From the sequence record OQ031493.1: 64,000 nucleotides of DNA; one strand, written 5' to 3'. Positions 35,927 through 45,625 of the stretch are shown one piece after another (the stretch's first letter is position 1; every line of letters begins with the position of its first letter). Position numbers and translations under genes: made by a program. The notes under the pieces were generated by a model, which ran no database searches, was not told where the DNA came from, and worked only from the letters and a program-made list of their open reading frames with translations.

Positions 35927-36397
35927 ATGTCTGATCCACATTCATCTAATACTGGTGAAGATCTTATTCTTGGGCCTGAAGCCACCAGTGAAGAAATGTA
36001 TAATGCGATTTTAAGGTGGGTTGACAAAGTAACAACCATCCTAGAATCTGGTGGTGGCCCTGGTCCAGGTCCTAGTACTGGTTTAAAACCAATTCTATTT
36101 CAAACTGGTACATTAAACCCAGGAGATGTAGTTACTTATGATCTTTCCAAAGTTATTACTTCTATGGGTGATTATACTCTGGCTACAGCCATCGTTGATC
36201 TCAAGATTATCGACCCTGAAACTACTAGTCCTACTAGTGGTAAGCTTATTAGCGCTTCTGCTAGTATTGGTTGGGATCTCGATTCATCTACAGGGATTTT
36301 AAATATCCGTGGGTATAGCCTGTCTGTACCAATCACTTATTATATTCGAGTTGACTCACCTATTAAGACGGCTGATATTCCCGTGTATACCCCGTAA
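35927..36397 (+). CDS. probable virion structural protein
   Basis: 156 aa; GGGPGPGP linker then beta-rich domain; AAGGAG SD; same operon as the helicase. Confidence 0.6.
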   Translation: MSDPHSSNTGEDLILGPEATSEEMYNAILRWVDKVTTILESGGGPGPGPSTGLKPILFQTGTLNPGDVVTYDLSKVITSMGDYTLATAIVDLKIIDPETTSPTSGKLISASASIGWDLDSSTGILNIRGYSLSVPITYYIRVDSPIKTADIPVYTP

Positions 36398-36407
36398 GGA
36401 GTGAGAA

Positions 36408-38357
36408 ATGCCTTCTATTGTCCCGTCGCAAGTGCCGGGTCCTGTGGCACTAAACTCTAAAGTTAAATTTAACTTTAGTTCAGATATTCAGAAGGTGTAT
36501 TATACAGTGAGCCCGGAGTTACCTCCGGTGCTCTCTGAATACATTGCTTATGATGGTGACCCTGCAACAGGTGGTAGTCCATTTATTGCTGTTGTGCAAG
36601 ATGGCACTGGTAATGTTCTTTATGATTGTAGTTTTCCAAAATTCTATAATTTAAACTATGATACTTACCAAATTCCGGCTAATACAACAAACCCTCAAGA
36701 TCTATGGGGATGGGTAAGATATTTTTATAATGCTATTGGGTTTATTAGGAATGGTAGTAAGTACGAATCAACTGGAAAGAAATTCTTAGTAATCACAGAT
36801 AGTAATCCTAGTGAACCTTATTCAGTCCTCAATACGTCAGGTAATGGTTTTAAAAAGATACTAGATACGGCTGCTCGTGTACAAGATTCTACCTATGATG
36901 TTTATTACCCAGAAATGATGGGTGGCACAGTAGACCTTACTTTAACAGATCTTAATAAGTATTATGCATGTATTCTATTCTCTACTAAAGATCATAATAC
37001 TGGTGCATTAACTCCTGAAAGAGTGAGTCAGGCGACTATTGATAATCTAGCTACTTGGCGTAAATCGGGTAATGGTATCTTTGTTATAACTGATTCTGCT
37101 TCAAGAGATTACACTAATATTGAAGATGCTAAAGAAAATAATGGTAGTTTTGCATTTACCGCTAATAGACTAGCCTTTAATTTTGGTTCTTATTTCTCTG
37201 GTGTTGTTGATAGGTCAGATGTTCAATATACTGTAAATCAGATGCTAAGCTGGTCACCAAAAGCTGCATCATCTGGTTTGTTTACAGGTATGAATAAATC
37301 TATTGGTAATGGTCAAGTAACTGACTTTGTTATCAAAGGTGATTCAAGTGAAAGTGAGATTAAGCTTGTTACTTTCCCAGCGTATAACAAAGAAGATATT
37401 CCTGAATTTACCTTCGATCATACTGGCGAGTACATTTACAATTTTCTTTGTACGACATCTGAAAATCCTAATAAACCGTATGCTATTTCATTTAGATTCC
37501 AAGTTGGTGTAGATGATGGTATCTTTGTTGCACGTGATAATGGCCAAGCTATTGATACTACTCAGATACTAACAGCTAAGCGTTATTTTGATCTTAATCT
37601 AGGTTACTCAAATGGCACTGACCATCAGGACTATTTAGGTGATATTCAAATAAATGGCTATTTAGTTGGATCATTCTTATTTAGTCAGGGCATTACTCAG
37701 TGGGATCTGATAACTCATGGATCAACTCTTTTAATCCATGATAATGATCAGATACGTATTAACGTACGTGTACCTTATACTTACACAATGCAGCATCAAG
37801 TGGTACTTAGTTCAAAACCTGCTTCTCTTTATAATGAAGCATCCCTTATAGGTACAATGGCATGGGATGATTATAAAGGGATAAGTAAAGCTAAAATTTA
37901 TGAATATATTAATCTTAGCATGACCAAGTATATGTATCGTGTAGCGAATGCATATAAGAATAACATTAATATAAAACCAATAGTATTGACTGCATTACGT
38001 CGTACATTCCTTGGTGAGACATTGAATACAGCTAATGTATATGTTTATGATAATAACTCCACATGGGGTAAACTATCACAACGTGTCCAGAACGGACGAC
38101 ATGGTGATATTGTTATCTTTGCAGATACTTCTAAAGTTGTCCAGTATGATGAACTGGCTTCAACACCTGGCTGGTATGTAATGAAAGATCCAGGATTAGC
38201 TGATGTAACAGTAGCTAAACTAGTTCCATTCTTTGGAAATAACCGAGCTATTAAAAATAGGTTAAAGACTGGTGACATTCTTGATGAGACCACTGGTCAA
38301 CCAATTTCTTTCCATGCTAATTGGAAAATAGAAAATGATAAACTTGTAAAAGTTTAA
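36408..38357 (+). CDS. probable virion/tail-associated protein
   Basis: 649 aa, S/T/G/N/Y-rich; PFIAVVQDGTGNVLYDCSFPKFYN motif resembles jumbo-phage tail-associated proteins. Confidence 0.6.
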   Translation: MPSIVPSQVPGPVALNSKVKFNFSSDIQKVYYTVSPELPPVLSEYIAYDGDPATGGSPFIAVVQDGTGNVLYDCSFPKFYNLNYDTYQIPANTTNPQDLWGWVRYFYNAIGFIRNGSKYESTGKKFLVITDSNPSEPYSVLNTSGNGFKKILDTAARVQDSTYDVYYPEMMGGTVDLTLTDLNKYYACILFSTKDHNTGALTPERVSQATIDNLATWRKSGNGIFVITDSASRDYTNIEDAKENNGSFAFTANRLAFNFGSYFSGVVDRSDVQYTVNQMLSWSPKAASSGLFTGMNKSIGNGQVTDFVIKGDSSESEIKLVTFPAYNKEDIPEFTFDHTGEYIYNFLCTTSENPNKPYAISFRFQVGVDDGIFVARDNGQAIDTTQILTAKRYFDLNLGYSNGTDHQDYLGDIQINGYLVGSFLFSQGITQWDLITHGSTLLIHDNDQIRINVRVPYTYTMQHQVVLSSKPASLYNEASLIGTMAWDDYKGISKAKIYEYINLSMTKYMYRVANAYKNNINIKPIVLTALRRTFLGETLNTANVYVYDNNSTWGKLSQRVQNGRHGDIVIFADTSKVVQYDELASTPGWYVMKDPGLADVTVAKLVPFFGNNRAIKNRLKTGDILDETTGQPISFHANWKIENDKLVKV

Positions 38358-38365
38358 CGGCATAA

Positions 38366-38386
38366 GCCCTCCCGCAATGGGAGGGC
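38366..38386. terminator. bidirectional terminator between convergent genes
   Basis: gccctccc-gcaat-gggagggc, identical to 176-196. Confidence 0.8.
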
Positions 38387-38397
38387 ATTATGTTGTT

Positions 38398-39057
38398 TTA
38401 ACCACGCGTTATATTAAATAACCGTCTTTTCTGATCAAGTAATAAAATAGCGCTTGTGGTAATTTTAATGTTAAACCTACGTTTAGCTAAACTCTGAGCT
38501 ACTAGTTCAATAGCATCAACTAGATCGATTGATTCTATATCACCTGTATTTTTAGATTTACTAATTGGTTTACTAAGAATTTTCCATCCCTTAGTAAAAT
38601 TACTAGCTGACGGCTTTTGACCTATCTTGCTACGAAAAAATAGTCCAACTAATTTACTAGCTAGTTCACGTGGATCATTAAAATCTGTTTCTGGTGAATG
38701 TAAGGTAATATTACTGTTTGCCAGGAATTCATGGTTCTCCGCACGATCCTCGATGGTTTTAGCACGTGGATCAAAATCCCAACAATTAACAGTTATATTT
38801 ACGTCATTACCATTACGACGTAGATCAATACATCTAATGAAATCAGTCATATCAAACTTACGTTCAACATCACGCATGTCATTAGCAATCTTCTCTAATT
38901 CATCGTTATCAGTAATACCAACTTGCTTAGTAATATCAAAAGTCAAATCGGCTAAAACGGATTGAGGAAAACTGGTTGCGATCAGCAAACGCAGTACGAT
39001 TTCTGGACGACTTTTTCTATCTTTGTCGCCTGACATCTTCTCAAAGGTATTAGTCAT
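38398..39057 (-). CDS. hypothetical protein
   Basis: 219-aa ORF. Confidence 0.75.
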   Translation of the reverse strand: MTNTFEKMSGDKDRKSRPEIVLRLLIATSFPQSVLADLTFDITKQVGITDNDELEKIANDMRDVERKFDMTDFIRCIDLRRNGNDVNITVNCWDFDPRAKTIEDRAENHEFLANSNITLHSPETDFNDPRELASKLVGLFFRSKIGQKPSASNFTKGWKILSKPISKSKNTGDIESIDLVDAIELVAQSLAKRRFNIKITTSAILLLDQKRRLFNITRG

Positions 39058-39076
39058 GATGGCTATCCCAAAAAGG

Positions 39077-39508
39077 TTAGTTCACACCATTTAAACGCTC
39101 CCAGTCATCTAGGGTTGCACGAGCATCAAATAGTGCGTTGTGAAGCATTTTAGAACCTTTTCCACTTAGCTCATGATTTAATTCAAATATAGTTGGTAAC
39201 TCAACAACTTGTTTACCTTTACCCATATCCATAGCTTTACCAGTGTAAACCATATCGTTAACATGATTAGCTATAAAATGTAATCGAGCAAACTGACCAA
39301 GAAACTTGGCTAGTCTATCATGGAATTCTTCTAAAGAGATTGGTTCTTTTTGAAGAATAGGAATAACGTTTTCTTTAACCCATTCATCTTCAATATTGTC
39401 ATATGGTAGAACTTCGTAGAATTCACAACGTCGATCTTCACTAACAATACCGAGTGAAATAAGAGTACCAGTAGGCGTATCAAATTCTGTATCAACAAAA
39501 AGTAACAT
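39077..39508 (-). CDS. DEDDh 3'-5' exo(ribo)nuclease, Rv2179c-like
   Basis: FVDTEF, LISLGIVSED..EFY, WVKENVIP, HNALFDA. Confidence 0.8.
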   Translation of the reverse strand: MLLFVDTEFDTPTGTLISLGIVSEDRRCEFYEVLPYDNIEDEWVKENVIPILQKEPISLEEFHDRLAKFLGQFARLHFIANHVNDMVYTGKAMDMGKGKQVVELPTIFELNHELSGKGSKMLHNALFDARATLDDWERLNGVN

Positions 39509-39564
39509 AGTAGTTTTCCTTATACGAAAGTCTTATCATAACAATAATGCACTTACGTCAAAAA

Positions 39565-39587
39565 GAGAGAACCATGGCGGTTCTCTC
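39565..39587 (-). terminator. intrinsic terminator
   Basis: gagagaacc/ggttctctc stem then TTTT. Confidence 0.75.
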
Positions 39588-39598
39588 CTATAAAAGTA

Positions 39599-40087
39599 TT
39601 AGACTTTTAGTCCACGAATATTGAAGATTATTTGACAAGCTGCAATTATTCTATTTCTAGAAATCTTTACAGGAATTTTGTAGTGGTTGAGTACAGCTTT
39701 AGGATTCTCAACACTCATCAATTCTTTAAGTAATTCGTCGCTAATTTTATTATGTGTCAGGACAAAGGTTGCGACATCGTGGTCCCAGCATCGTTTTATT
39801 GCACTACAAGCACGAATATACTTCTCGGCTAATTCGGGGCTAAAATCTAATGCTTCTAGCCATCTTTTGCGACCAGCAGTGTAAATCACTCGTGTACGAG
39901 TATTCGATGGGACAGCTACAATGTAGCCTGTACCTGGTGTCCTACGCTCTTCAATAGGTCTGATATTCCAATCACCAATCGTCCTAATTAGTGTAGATAA
40001 ATCATCATTAGCACCATAGTAGCCAATAGGTAAACCTAAACTTACTTGTGTATCTATTTGGTCTACAGTTTGATGTGTAATAACCAT
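39599..40087 (-). CDS. hypothetical protein
   Basis: 162-aa ORF. Confidence 0.75.
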   Translation of the reverse strand: MVITHQTVDQIDTQVSLGLPIGYYGANDDLSTLIRTIGDWNIRPIEERRTPGTGYIVAVPSNTRTRVIYTAGRKRWLEALDFSPELAEKYIRACSAIKRCWDHDVATFVLTHNKISDELLKELMSVENPKAVLNHYKIPVKISRNRIIAACQIIFNIRGLKV

Positions 40088-40196
40088 TGTAGTTCTCTTC
40101 CCAATAGGGTTTTATAAACTTCCACAAGACTAAACTCCATTATAGCCCTATCAGATTGGGTAATAAAACTTAATAAAAAAAAATATTAAACATAAA

Positions 40197-40218
40197 ACCC
40201 TCTCCCGAAGGAGAGGGT
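40197..40218 (-). terminator. intrinsic terminator (UUCG loop)
   Basis: accctctcc-TTCG-ggagagggt then TTTATGTTT. Confidence 0.8.
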
Positions 40219-40229
40219 AATATATAACT

Positions 40230-40592
40230 TTATCCATACATCACGAAAGGTACTTCGTAAACAATTAGATAAGTATACATTAGTTTAAAACCAATGTGTA
40301 ACCACTGATCTTGATTAAATGTAATTTTATTATCACATTTTAAATAATCAATAATGCAGTGAGAAATTGTTTCAATAAGTCCTAAAACTAATGAACCAGT
40401 AATGAAATAAACTGCGCCACCATGCATGAAGCTGTGTGCAGGTAATACCCATTTCCAATATAGTGAACCTAGTTCAGTAGTATGATTTTTAGCCTTTGCA
40501 ATGAAATCATTTTGCAATGAAAAATCAAAGATGAAGTGCGCTACAATTAAACCAAAGAATAATGCCATTGAGTTGACACTGATTAATTCCAT
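40230..40592 (-). CDS. DUF3307-family membrane protein
   Basis: AHFIFDFSLQ, H..MH, HCIID..K, DQWLH. Confidence 0.8.
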   Translation of the reverse strand: MELISVNSMALFFGLIVAHFIFDFSLQNDFIAKAKNHTTELGSLYWKWVLPAHSFMHGGAVYFITGSLVLGLIETISHCIIDYLKCDNKITFNQDQWLHIGFKLMYTYLIVYEVPFVMYG

Positions 40593-40603
40593 TTTATTTC
40601 CGC

Positions 40604-40966
40604 CTAGAAAGGTATTTCATCTTCAACAATGTGTGAATAGTCGATATTATGTTTTTCACATAATTCTTTAAATTTATCTATTTTGGTCATAGCCTCTAAT
40701 AAATCATTATGTAATTTATTTTTATAATTCTTACCAAAATCAGCAGGGTCAAATACAGATTTATAATAGGCATATATTTCAGAATATTCTTTCTTTAAAA
40801 TATCAATAACTACTGGATCATTACCATCACCAAGATAACTAATCAGATGACATAAATCATAGTTTTGACGACGAGCTGCTTTTAAGATAAGTTCATTAAT
40901 TTCAATTAATTCAGACTTATTACATCGCCTTCTTTTTATAGATCGAGTGATTTTATTAAATATCAT
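40604..40966 (-). CDS. hypothetical protein
   Basis: 120-aa ORF. Confidence 0.65.
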   Translation of the reverse strand: MIFNKITRSIKRRRCNKSELIEINELILKAARRQNYDLCHLISYLGDGNDPVVIDILKKEYSEIYAYYKSVFDPADFGKNYKNKLHNDLLEAMTKIDKFKELCEKHNIDYSHIVEDEIPF

Positions 40967-40967
40967 A

Positions 40968-41342
40968 TTAAGTTATCCCTAACCATTGTAGATAACCACT
41001 ATCACTTAATCCACGATAATAATCATCTTTATTTTTACGTAAATAACAATAAACTATTTTACCCATTAATTGATAGTTAGCTTCATTATCAAAGGTAAAT
41101 TCTTTTTCTAATCTATTATTACTATCCACTAATGAGATTACTACATTACCGTAACGTACTGTTAATTTAACTGTACGAGTAGAGTCGGTATCATGAAAGA
41201 TATAAGTCAACCCATAATTCAACTCATTATTTAATACTTGAATACTAGTAGATCTATTAGATTTAATCTGAAGTGGATGCTCAACAATCGCCTTGAATGC
41301 TTTATTGCATAAGAGAATATTTTGTATTTTTAATGAATCCAT
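40968..41342 (-). CDS. hypothetical protein
   Basis: 124-aa ORF, AGGT SD. Confidence 0.7.
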   Translation of the reverse strand: MDSLKIQNILLCNKAFKAIVEHPLQIKSNRSTSIQVLNNELNYGLTYIFHDTDSTRTVKLTVRYGNVVISLVDSNNRLEKEFTFDNEANYQLMGKIVYCYLRKNKDDYYRGLSDSGYLQWLGIT

Positions 41343-41497
41343 GACATTACCTGACTTTGTATTTATAATTTACCTATATCAAATTAGAAGTAGGCAATAA
41401 TGAGCTGACCCAGTAGTCTTCAATCTCAGCCTAATTGGATCAGTGTTTAGACTGAGATTGAATATTAAGCTGTAGTGGTACTTTAATCAATGATGTA

Positions 41498-41854
41498 TTA
41501 TGGATTTCCGGCAAGCCAGCTTACTGCACATATTGCTGCCTCATCAAATTGATTCAATGAGAATTTGGTTATCCGAACAGCCTGTGCCATATTAAGAACT
41601 TTAAATTCACTATCACCAGACTCAATATGAGATATCATGCCAAGATGATCATTGCTGGTATCATAAACTGCAATGCGGATATCCTTGCCTCTCTCAACCA
41701 CATATGCAATAGATCGTTTTGTTACAGGGTTATCGATGACATTAACTGTTTCACGCAATGTAGCGTCAATCCGGGATGCATTAATATGAATGCTAATTGC
41801 ATTCAGCAAATGATGCTCAATCTGTCGCCCTGTTTCAAGAGTTAGAGAACCCAT
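41498..41854 (-). CDS. hypothetical protein
   Basis: 118-aa ORF, AAGGAG SD. Confidence 0.75.
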   Translation of the reverse strand: MGSLTLETGRQIEHHLLNAISIHINASRIDATLRETVNVIDNPVTKRSIAYVVERGKDIRIAVYDTSNDHLGMISHIESGDSEFKVLNMAQAVRITKFSLNQFDEAAICAVSWLAGNP

Positions 41855-41866
41855 TATAATCTCCTT

Positions 41867-42229
41867 TTAGAATCCAAGATAATCAAAGAATCCATGGTAA
41901 TCGAATGTGCGTGTTGGGATACTTGTATCCGAAAAGAACGTATTTATTTGTTTGGCTAATTCAGTGTAGTAATGTGAATTATATTTGTTGATCTTAGTAA
42001 CCATCTTCTCATCAAAGAGATAGGTTACACGCATATTCAGTGGTTTAACTACATTGATCTCAATAACTACCTTACGAACCATATCCTCAGATAAGAGTAT
42101 ACACTTAGCGTCACATGGTGAAACCTCTATTTTAATACCTACACAAGGCTTGAGGTTATCGTGATATTTCGTGAGTTCCTCTAATACAGCATCCATAGTT
42201 TGGATGAGCTTTATATTGGTAATGTTCAT
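41867..42229 (-). CDS. hypothetical protein
   Basis: 120-aa ORF, TAATG coupling. Confidence 0.7.
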   Translation of the reverse strand: MNITNIKLIQTMDAVLEELTKYHDNLKPCVGIKIEVSPCDAKCILLSEDMVRKVVIEINVVKPLNMRVTYLFDEKMVTKINKYNSHYYTELAKQINTFFSDTSIPTRTFDYHGFFDYLGF

Positions 42230-42966
42230 TACAGCCCCTCGTAAATATCCTTTCGTTTTGGATTGATGCCTGCAACCTTACCTTTATCATTATTGATGTA
42301 ACAAAGGAATTCATCGCAAGTGGTGGTCTTTACAAATGGGATAATTTGATTGAGTTCTAGTAAAGTATATTCTTTACCAAAGTATTTACACATTTGTGTA
42401 AGTTGACTACACACTACATTATAAAAGCCCCTAGTATTTTGTAGTGTAAGATACTCACCATCAATCACTCTATCATTATTTACCATGTATACATCACGAA
42501 TAGGATAAGTGTCTTTTAAGGGACCATTGCCAAATTTGACACCATGTACCCCATTAGGCCCATTTAGTAAATAGTATCCAGTTGGTACTGACCAATAAGT
42601 AGTTCCTTTAAATCCCAATAGATACCCATATGGTTCATGATAATCAGATGTATAGCACTGATCATTCTCACAAATAACCTCTTGATACATCGAGTATTCA
42701 ACAGGTAGTTGTTTAGTTGGATCACTAGGGTGAACCACCAATATTATTGAATTTTCTGGATAACTGGTCCAACCGCAACTACCCAGTTTGGACTGCTTAT
42801 TGAAATTACATGGAGCAATTCGCGGAGTATGATTAGAGTAGAATAATGGTACTCCATAAAAAGCAAGTGGTTCGTAATTAACACTAGCTTTAGTATACAT
42901 GCCAATACTAATCAGAAATACTGCACAGAATATACGCATCGATAATTTAAACATCAGTGCGTCCAC
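42229..42966 (-). CDS. exported Cys-rich protein
   Basis: 245 aa; signal peptide; four closely spaced Cys pairs in the mature part. Confidence 0.75.
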   Translation of the reverse strand: MDALMFKLSMRIFCAVFLISIGMYTKASVNYEPLAFYGVPLFYSNHTPRIAPCNFNKQSKLGSCGWTSYPENSIILVVHPSDPTKQLPVEYSMYQEVICENDQCYTSDYHEPYGYLLGFKGTTYWSVPTGYYLLNGPNGVHGVKFGNGPLKDTYPIRDVYMVNNDRVIDGEYLTLQNTRGFYNVVCSQLTQMCKYFGKEYTLLELNQIIPFVKTTTCDEFLCYINNDKGKVAGINPKRKDIYEGL

Positions 42967-43738
42967 CCTCGGTTTCCTTAATTGCTAATTTTACTAATAC
43001 ACTTACCCATGCGCCTTCATCGAGTAGCCAACCAGCTGCACCCGTGCCATGCTCGGCAAATCCAAGACTATCTAAATAATGTAGCATGAATGTAGTCGGA
43101 CCAAATCCATATTTCTTATCACATTCATTACGTTTAGAAATATTCCACCCTTGGCGATATATATCCAATACATCATCAATATACTGCAATTCTGCTTCTG
43201 GATGGCCACAACCACACAGGTTTAATAATTTGCGTGTAATGGTATTGCATGTATCACTATATTCTTTTTCATTATAATCAATGAAAGTGCCTTCCCGTTT
43301 GAATAGTTGCTTATCGGATGTTAAATCATTAAAATGACCAGGATAATCTTGAGATGGAAGTGCACCTAGTGCCATTAGTATAATAACACGCGGATCTTTA
43401 CGCTCAACTGATTCAATGAGTACTTTAAAGTTGAGTTCTCGTTGTACCACATTGTTATCAATGTTGATATTATTCAGAAGAATGTCCATAGCTTCTTGAC
43501 CATGCCAACTACGGAGGTTAGGTTGATTATTAGTATAACCAGTGATGGTCAATTGGTTAGCTGTGTTTGATTTACCAACAGTAACATGTAAGTAATAAGG
43601 GCATTGTTCTAATTTATCAGCAATACCAGTTGAAGATTTGTTACCCTCAAGTAGTCCAACATCGCCATGACCGATATACAAACAGATACCTTCTGTAGAA
43701 GGTTGAGTAGTATAGTTAAAGTTCAAGGATTTAAACAT
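42947..43738 (-). CDS. hypothetical protein with C-terminal CGCGxPE...EHG domain
   Basis: 263 aa; LCGCGHPE...LDSLGFAEHG...WL is a recurrent phage motif. Confidence 0.7.
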   Translation of the reverse strand: MFKSLNFNYTTQPSTEGICLYIGHGDVGLLEGNKSSTGIADKLEQCPYYLHVTVGKSNTANQLTITGYTNNQPNLRSWHGQEAMDILLNNINIDNNVVQRELNFKVLIESVERKDPRVIILMALGALPSQDYPGHFNDLTSDKQLFKREGTFIDYNEKEYSDTCNTITRKLLNLCGCGHPEAELQYIDDVLDIYRQGWNISKRNECDKKYGFGPTTFMLHYLDSLGFAEHGTGAAGWLLDEGAWVSVLVKLAIKETEGGRTDV

Positions 43739-43765
43739 ACTCTTTCCTCTATTATAAATGATTAG

Positions 43766-44206
43766 TTATTTACCGTTTATATAAAGATTAAATGGACATT
43801 GACACATGAATTCCGCATTTAGAATACTTTCAATATTGTAACTAATTGATTTATCAGTGATGATGTTGATATCTAAATACCACGTTTTAGTATTTTGAGT
43901 AACTAGTCTGTATTCAATGTCAATACTAAAGCCAGGTGCATCGACTGGGTCATTATCACCTTCATGCTGATAAATAAAGTGTGAAGATAATGTATATCTG
44001 GCTTTAATATATTCATCTGGTTTTATAACTTTTAAAGGGGCACTAATATGTGAAATAAAACCATGATAATTAAATTCTTTATCCCTAATGTCGATAACTT
44101 TAGGAGTAACCGATATATAGGCTGGCCATTGTGGTAAATCTAGTTCACCATGTTTAGATTGGTCTTTATCAACAATATGGAAAGCTCTAACAATCCTATT
44201 AAACAT
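43766..44206 (-). CDS. hypothetical protein
   Basis: 146-aa ORF, AAGGT SD. Confidence 0.7.
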   Translation of the reverse strand: MFNRIVRAFHIVDKDQSKHGELDLPQWPAYISVTPKVIDIRDKEFNYHGFISHISAPLKVIKPDEYIKARYTLSSHFIYQHEGDNDPVDAPGFSIDIEYRLVTQNTKTWYLDINIITDKSISYNIESILNAEFMCQCPFNLYINGK

Positions 44207-44239
44207 TTGATATACCTTTTAACAAAAAAATTATAAAGA

Positions 44240-44262
44240 AGAGTCCCCATAATGGGGACTCT
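44240..44262 (-). terminator. intrinsic terminator
   Basis: agagtcccc/ggggactct stem then TCTTT. Confidence 0.75.
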
Positions 44263-44275
44263 ATTATATCGTGCT

Positions 44276-44527
44276 TTATTTTTTATCGCGACTAGATGGA
44301 GCTAGCTTATAGAACTTCCGGAACTTATTAATAGACAATGTAAATGAATCTTCCCTACCATCTGGATAACCGAGATAAACATCACGTCGAGATAGTTTAA
44401 TTAGCTTATGTGCAGTTGATACACCATTGCGCTCAACTAGAAAAGTTCGACCAATATAAGCTTCTAGATTATCAAGCTCAGTTGCAGGAATATATTTAGA
44501 TTCTTTCAGAGTCAGGGTAGTGCTCAT
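44276..44527 (-). CDS. hypothetical protein
   Basis: 83-aa ORF. Confidence 0.7.
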   Translation of the reverse strand: MSTTLTLKESKYIPATELDNLEAYIGRTFLVERNGVSTAHKLIKLSRRDVYLGYPDGREDSFTLSINKFRKFYKLAPSSRDKK

Positions 44528-44563
44528 TTAATTTCGTCACCAGTTACGAAGTAATAAATTGAT

Positions 44564-44892
44564 TTATTTCCAGAGTGTTTTACCAATTAGATCATTTTCT
44601 GTGATGAAACTATCTAATTGATGTCCATAGTAAAGTAGACTATGAATTTGTTGATTTAGACGTTCTTTATTTGACCCTAGGAACATCTTATGCTTTTCTT
44701 CATCCGGTAATTTATCATAGACAAGTTGGCAATACTTTTTAGCTACTACCTTACCTGATGCAAGAAAACGTTCATCCCCTGTAAATAGTTGAGGAACGAT
44801 ATTTTCATCNNNNNNNNNNNNNNNNNNNNNNNNNNNNNNNNNNNNNNNNNNNNNNNNNNNNNNNNNNNNNNNNNNNNNNNNNNNNNNATCAT
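44564..44892 (-). CDS. hypothetical protein interrupted by N-run (start uncertain)
   Basis: open 81-codon frame DENIVPQLFTGDERFL...IGKTLWK below the gap at 44810-44887. Confidence 0.5.
44810..44887. other. assembly gap (N-run)
   Basis: 78 N. Confidence 0.95.
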
Positions 44893-44905
44893 TCCATGGT
44901 ATGTC

Positions 44906-45625
44906 CTAACTTTCACTTTCACTATCAAATTCGCTATTACTTGTGGATGTGTTAGATATCTGCTCATCAAAAGATGACTGTTTATTCTTTTGTTTTTCAC
45001 GCAAGAAGATAATCGATTCAACAATTTCATTAACCATGACATCTAGACCACGTTTAGCATCGACCGTAATTGAACTAGGTTGATTGATAAGTCGTTCAAA
45101 ACCTTTATCAACCTTATCGAAGTAATCGGATCCTTTAGATTCATAATAATCAAGNNNNNNNNNNNNNNNTTCAATTCGTTCTTCACGTACTTCTTTAGGT
45201 GCAGTCAGGAAGAAGGTAGCTGGCTCTGGGATAGAGTGTAAGGTTCCTTGAAGGATATCCATAAACAATTTTGATAGATATGGATTAGTTTCTTCGAAAG
45301 GATACACATTTAGAGCATATGTCGATGCAATGAATCGCTCGGTAATAACAATCTTATCTTCTTTAAGAGCAGGTAAGATGATATTCTCTACATTCATCAC
45401 TCTATATGCACTATGCATCAGTACATCAAATTCCGGTGGTCGAACATCATTGTGTTTAGGCCAAATCAGCATTTGTCGGATTTCTTCTGATGTATTTGTA
45501 CCGCCAGGTTCACGTAGTGTTACGACATCATATCCACGTTTAAGAAGCTCCGCAACAACCATTTTTGTAACGGTCGTTTTACCGACACCTTCATTCCCTT
45601 CAATACTTACAAATAAACCATTCAT
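44906..45625 (-). CDS. tmk: thymidylate kinase
   Basis: FVSIEGNEGVGKTT, LREPGGT, ITERFIAST; 15-N gap keeps the frame. Confidence 0.92.
   Translation of the reverse strand: MNGLFVSIEGNEGVGKTTVTKMVVAELLKRGYDVVTLREPGGTNTSEEIRQMLIWPKHNDVRPPEFDVLMHSAYRVMNVENIILPALKEDKIVITERFIASTYALNVYPFEETNPYLSKLFMDILQGTLHSIPEPATFFLTAPKEVREERIEXXXXXLDYYESKGSDYFDKVDKGFERLINQPSSITVDAKRGLDVMVNEIVESIIFLREKQKNKQSSFDEQISNTSTSNSEFDSESES
45155..45169. other. assembly gap (N-run) within tmk
   Basis: 15 N, in frame. Confidence 0.95.

Noticed and set aside
40217-40224. Extra TATATTAC octamer
   Set aside because: It directly precedes and overlaps a terminator stem and lacks the upstream cassette elements; probably chance in AT-rich DNA
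44746-45042. 98-aa ORF spanning the N-run
   Set aside because: It overlaps tmk out of frame and is open only because of Ns; the better frame ends at 44564
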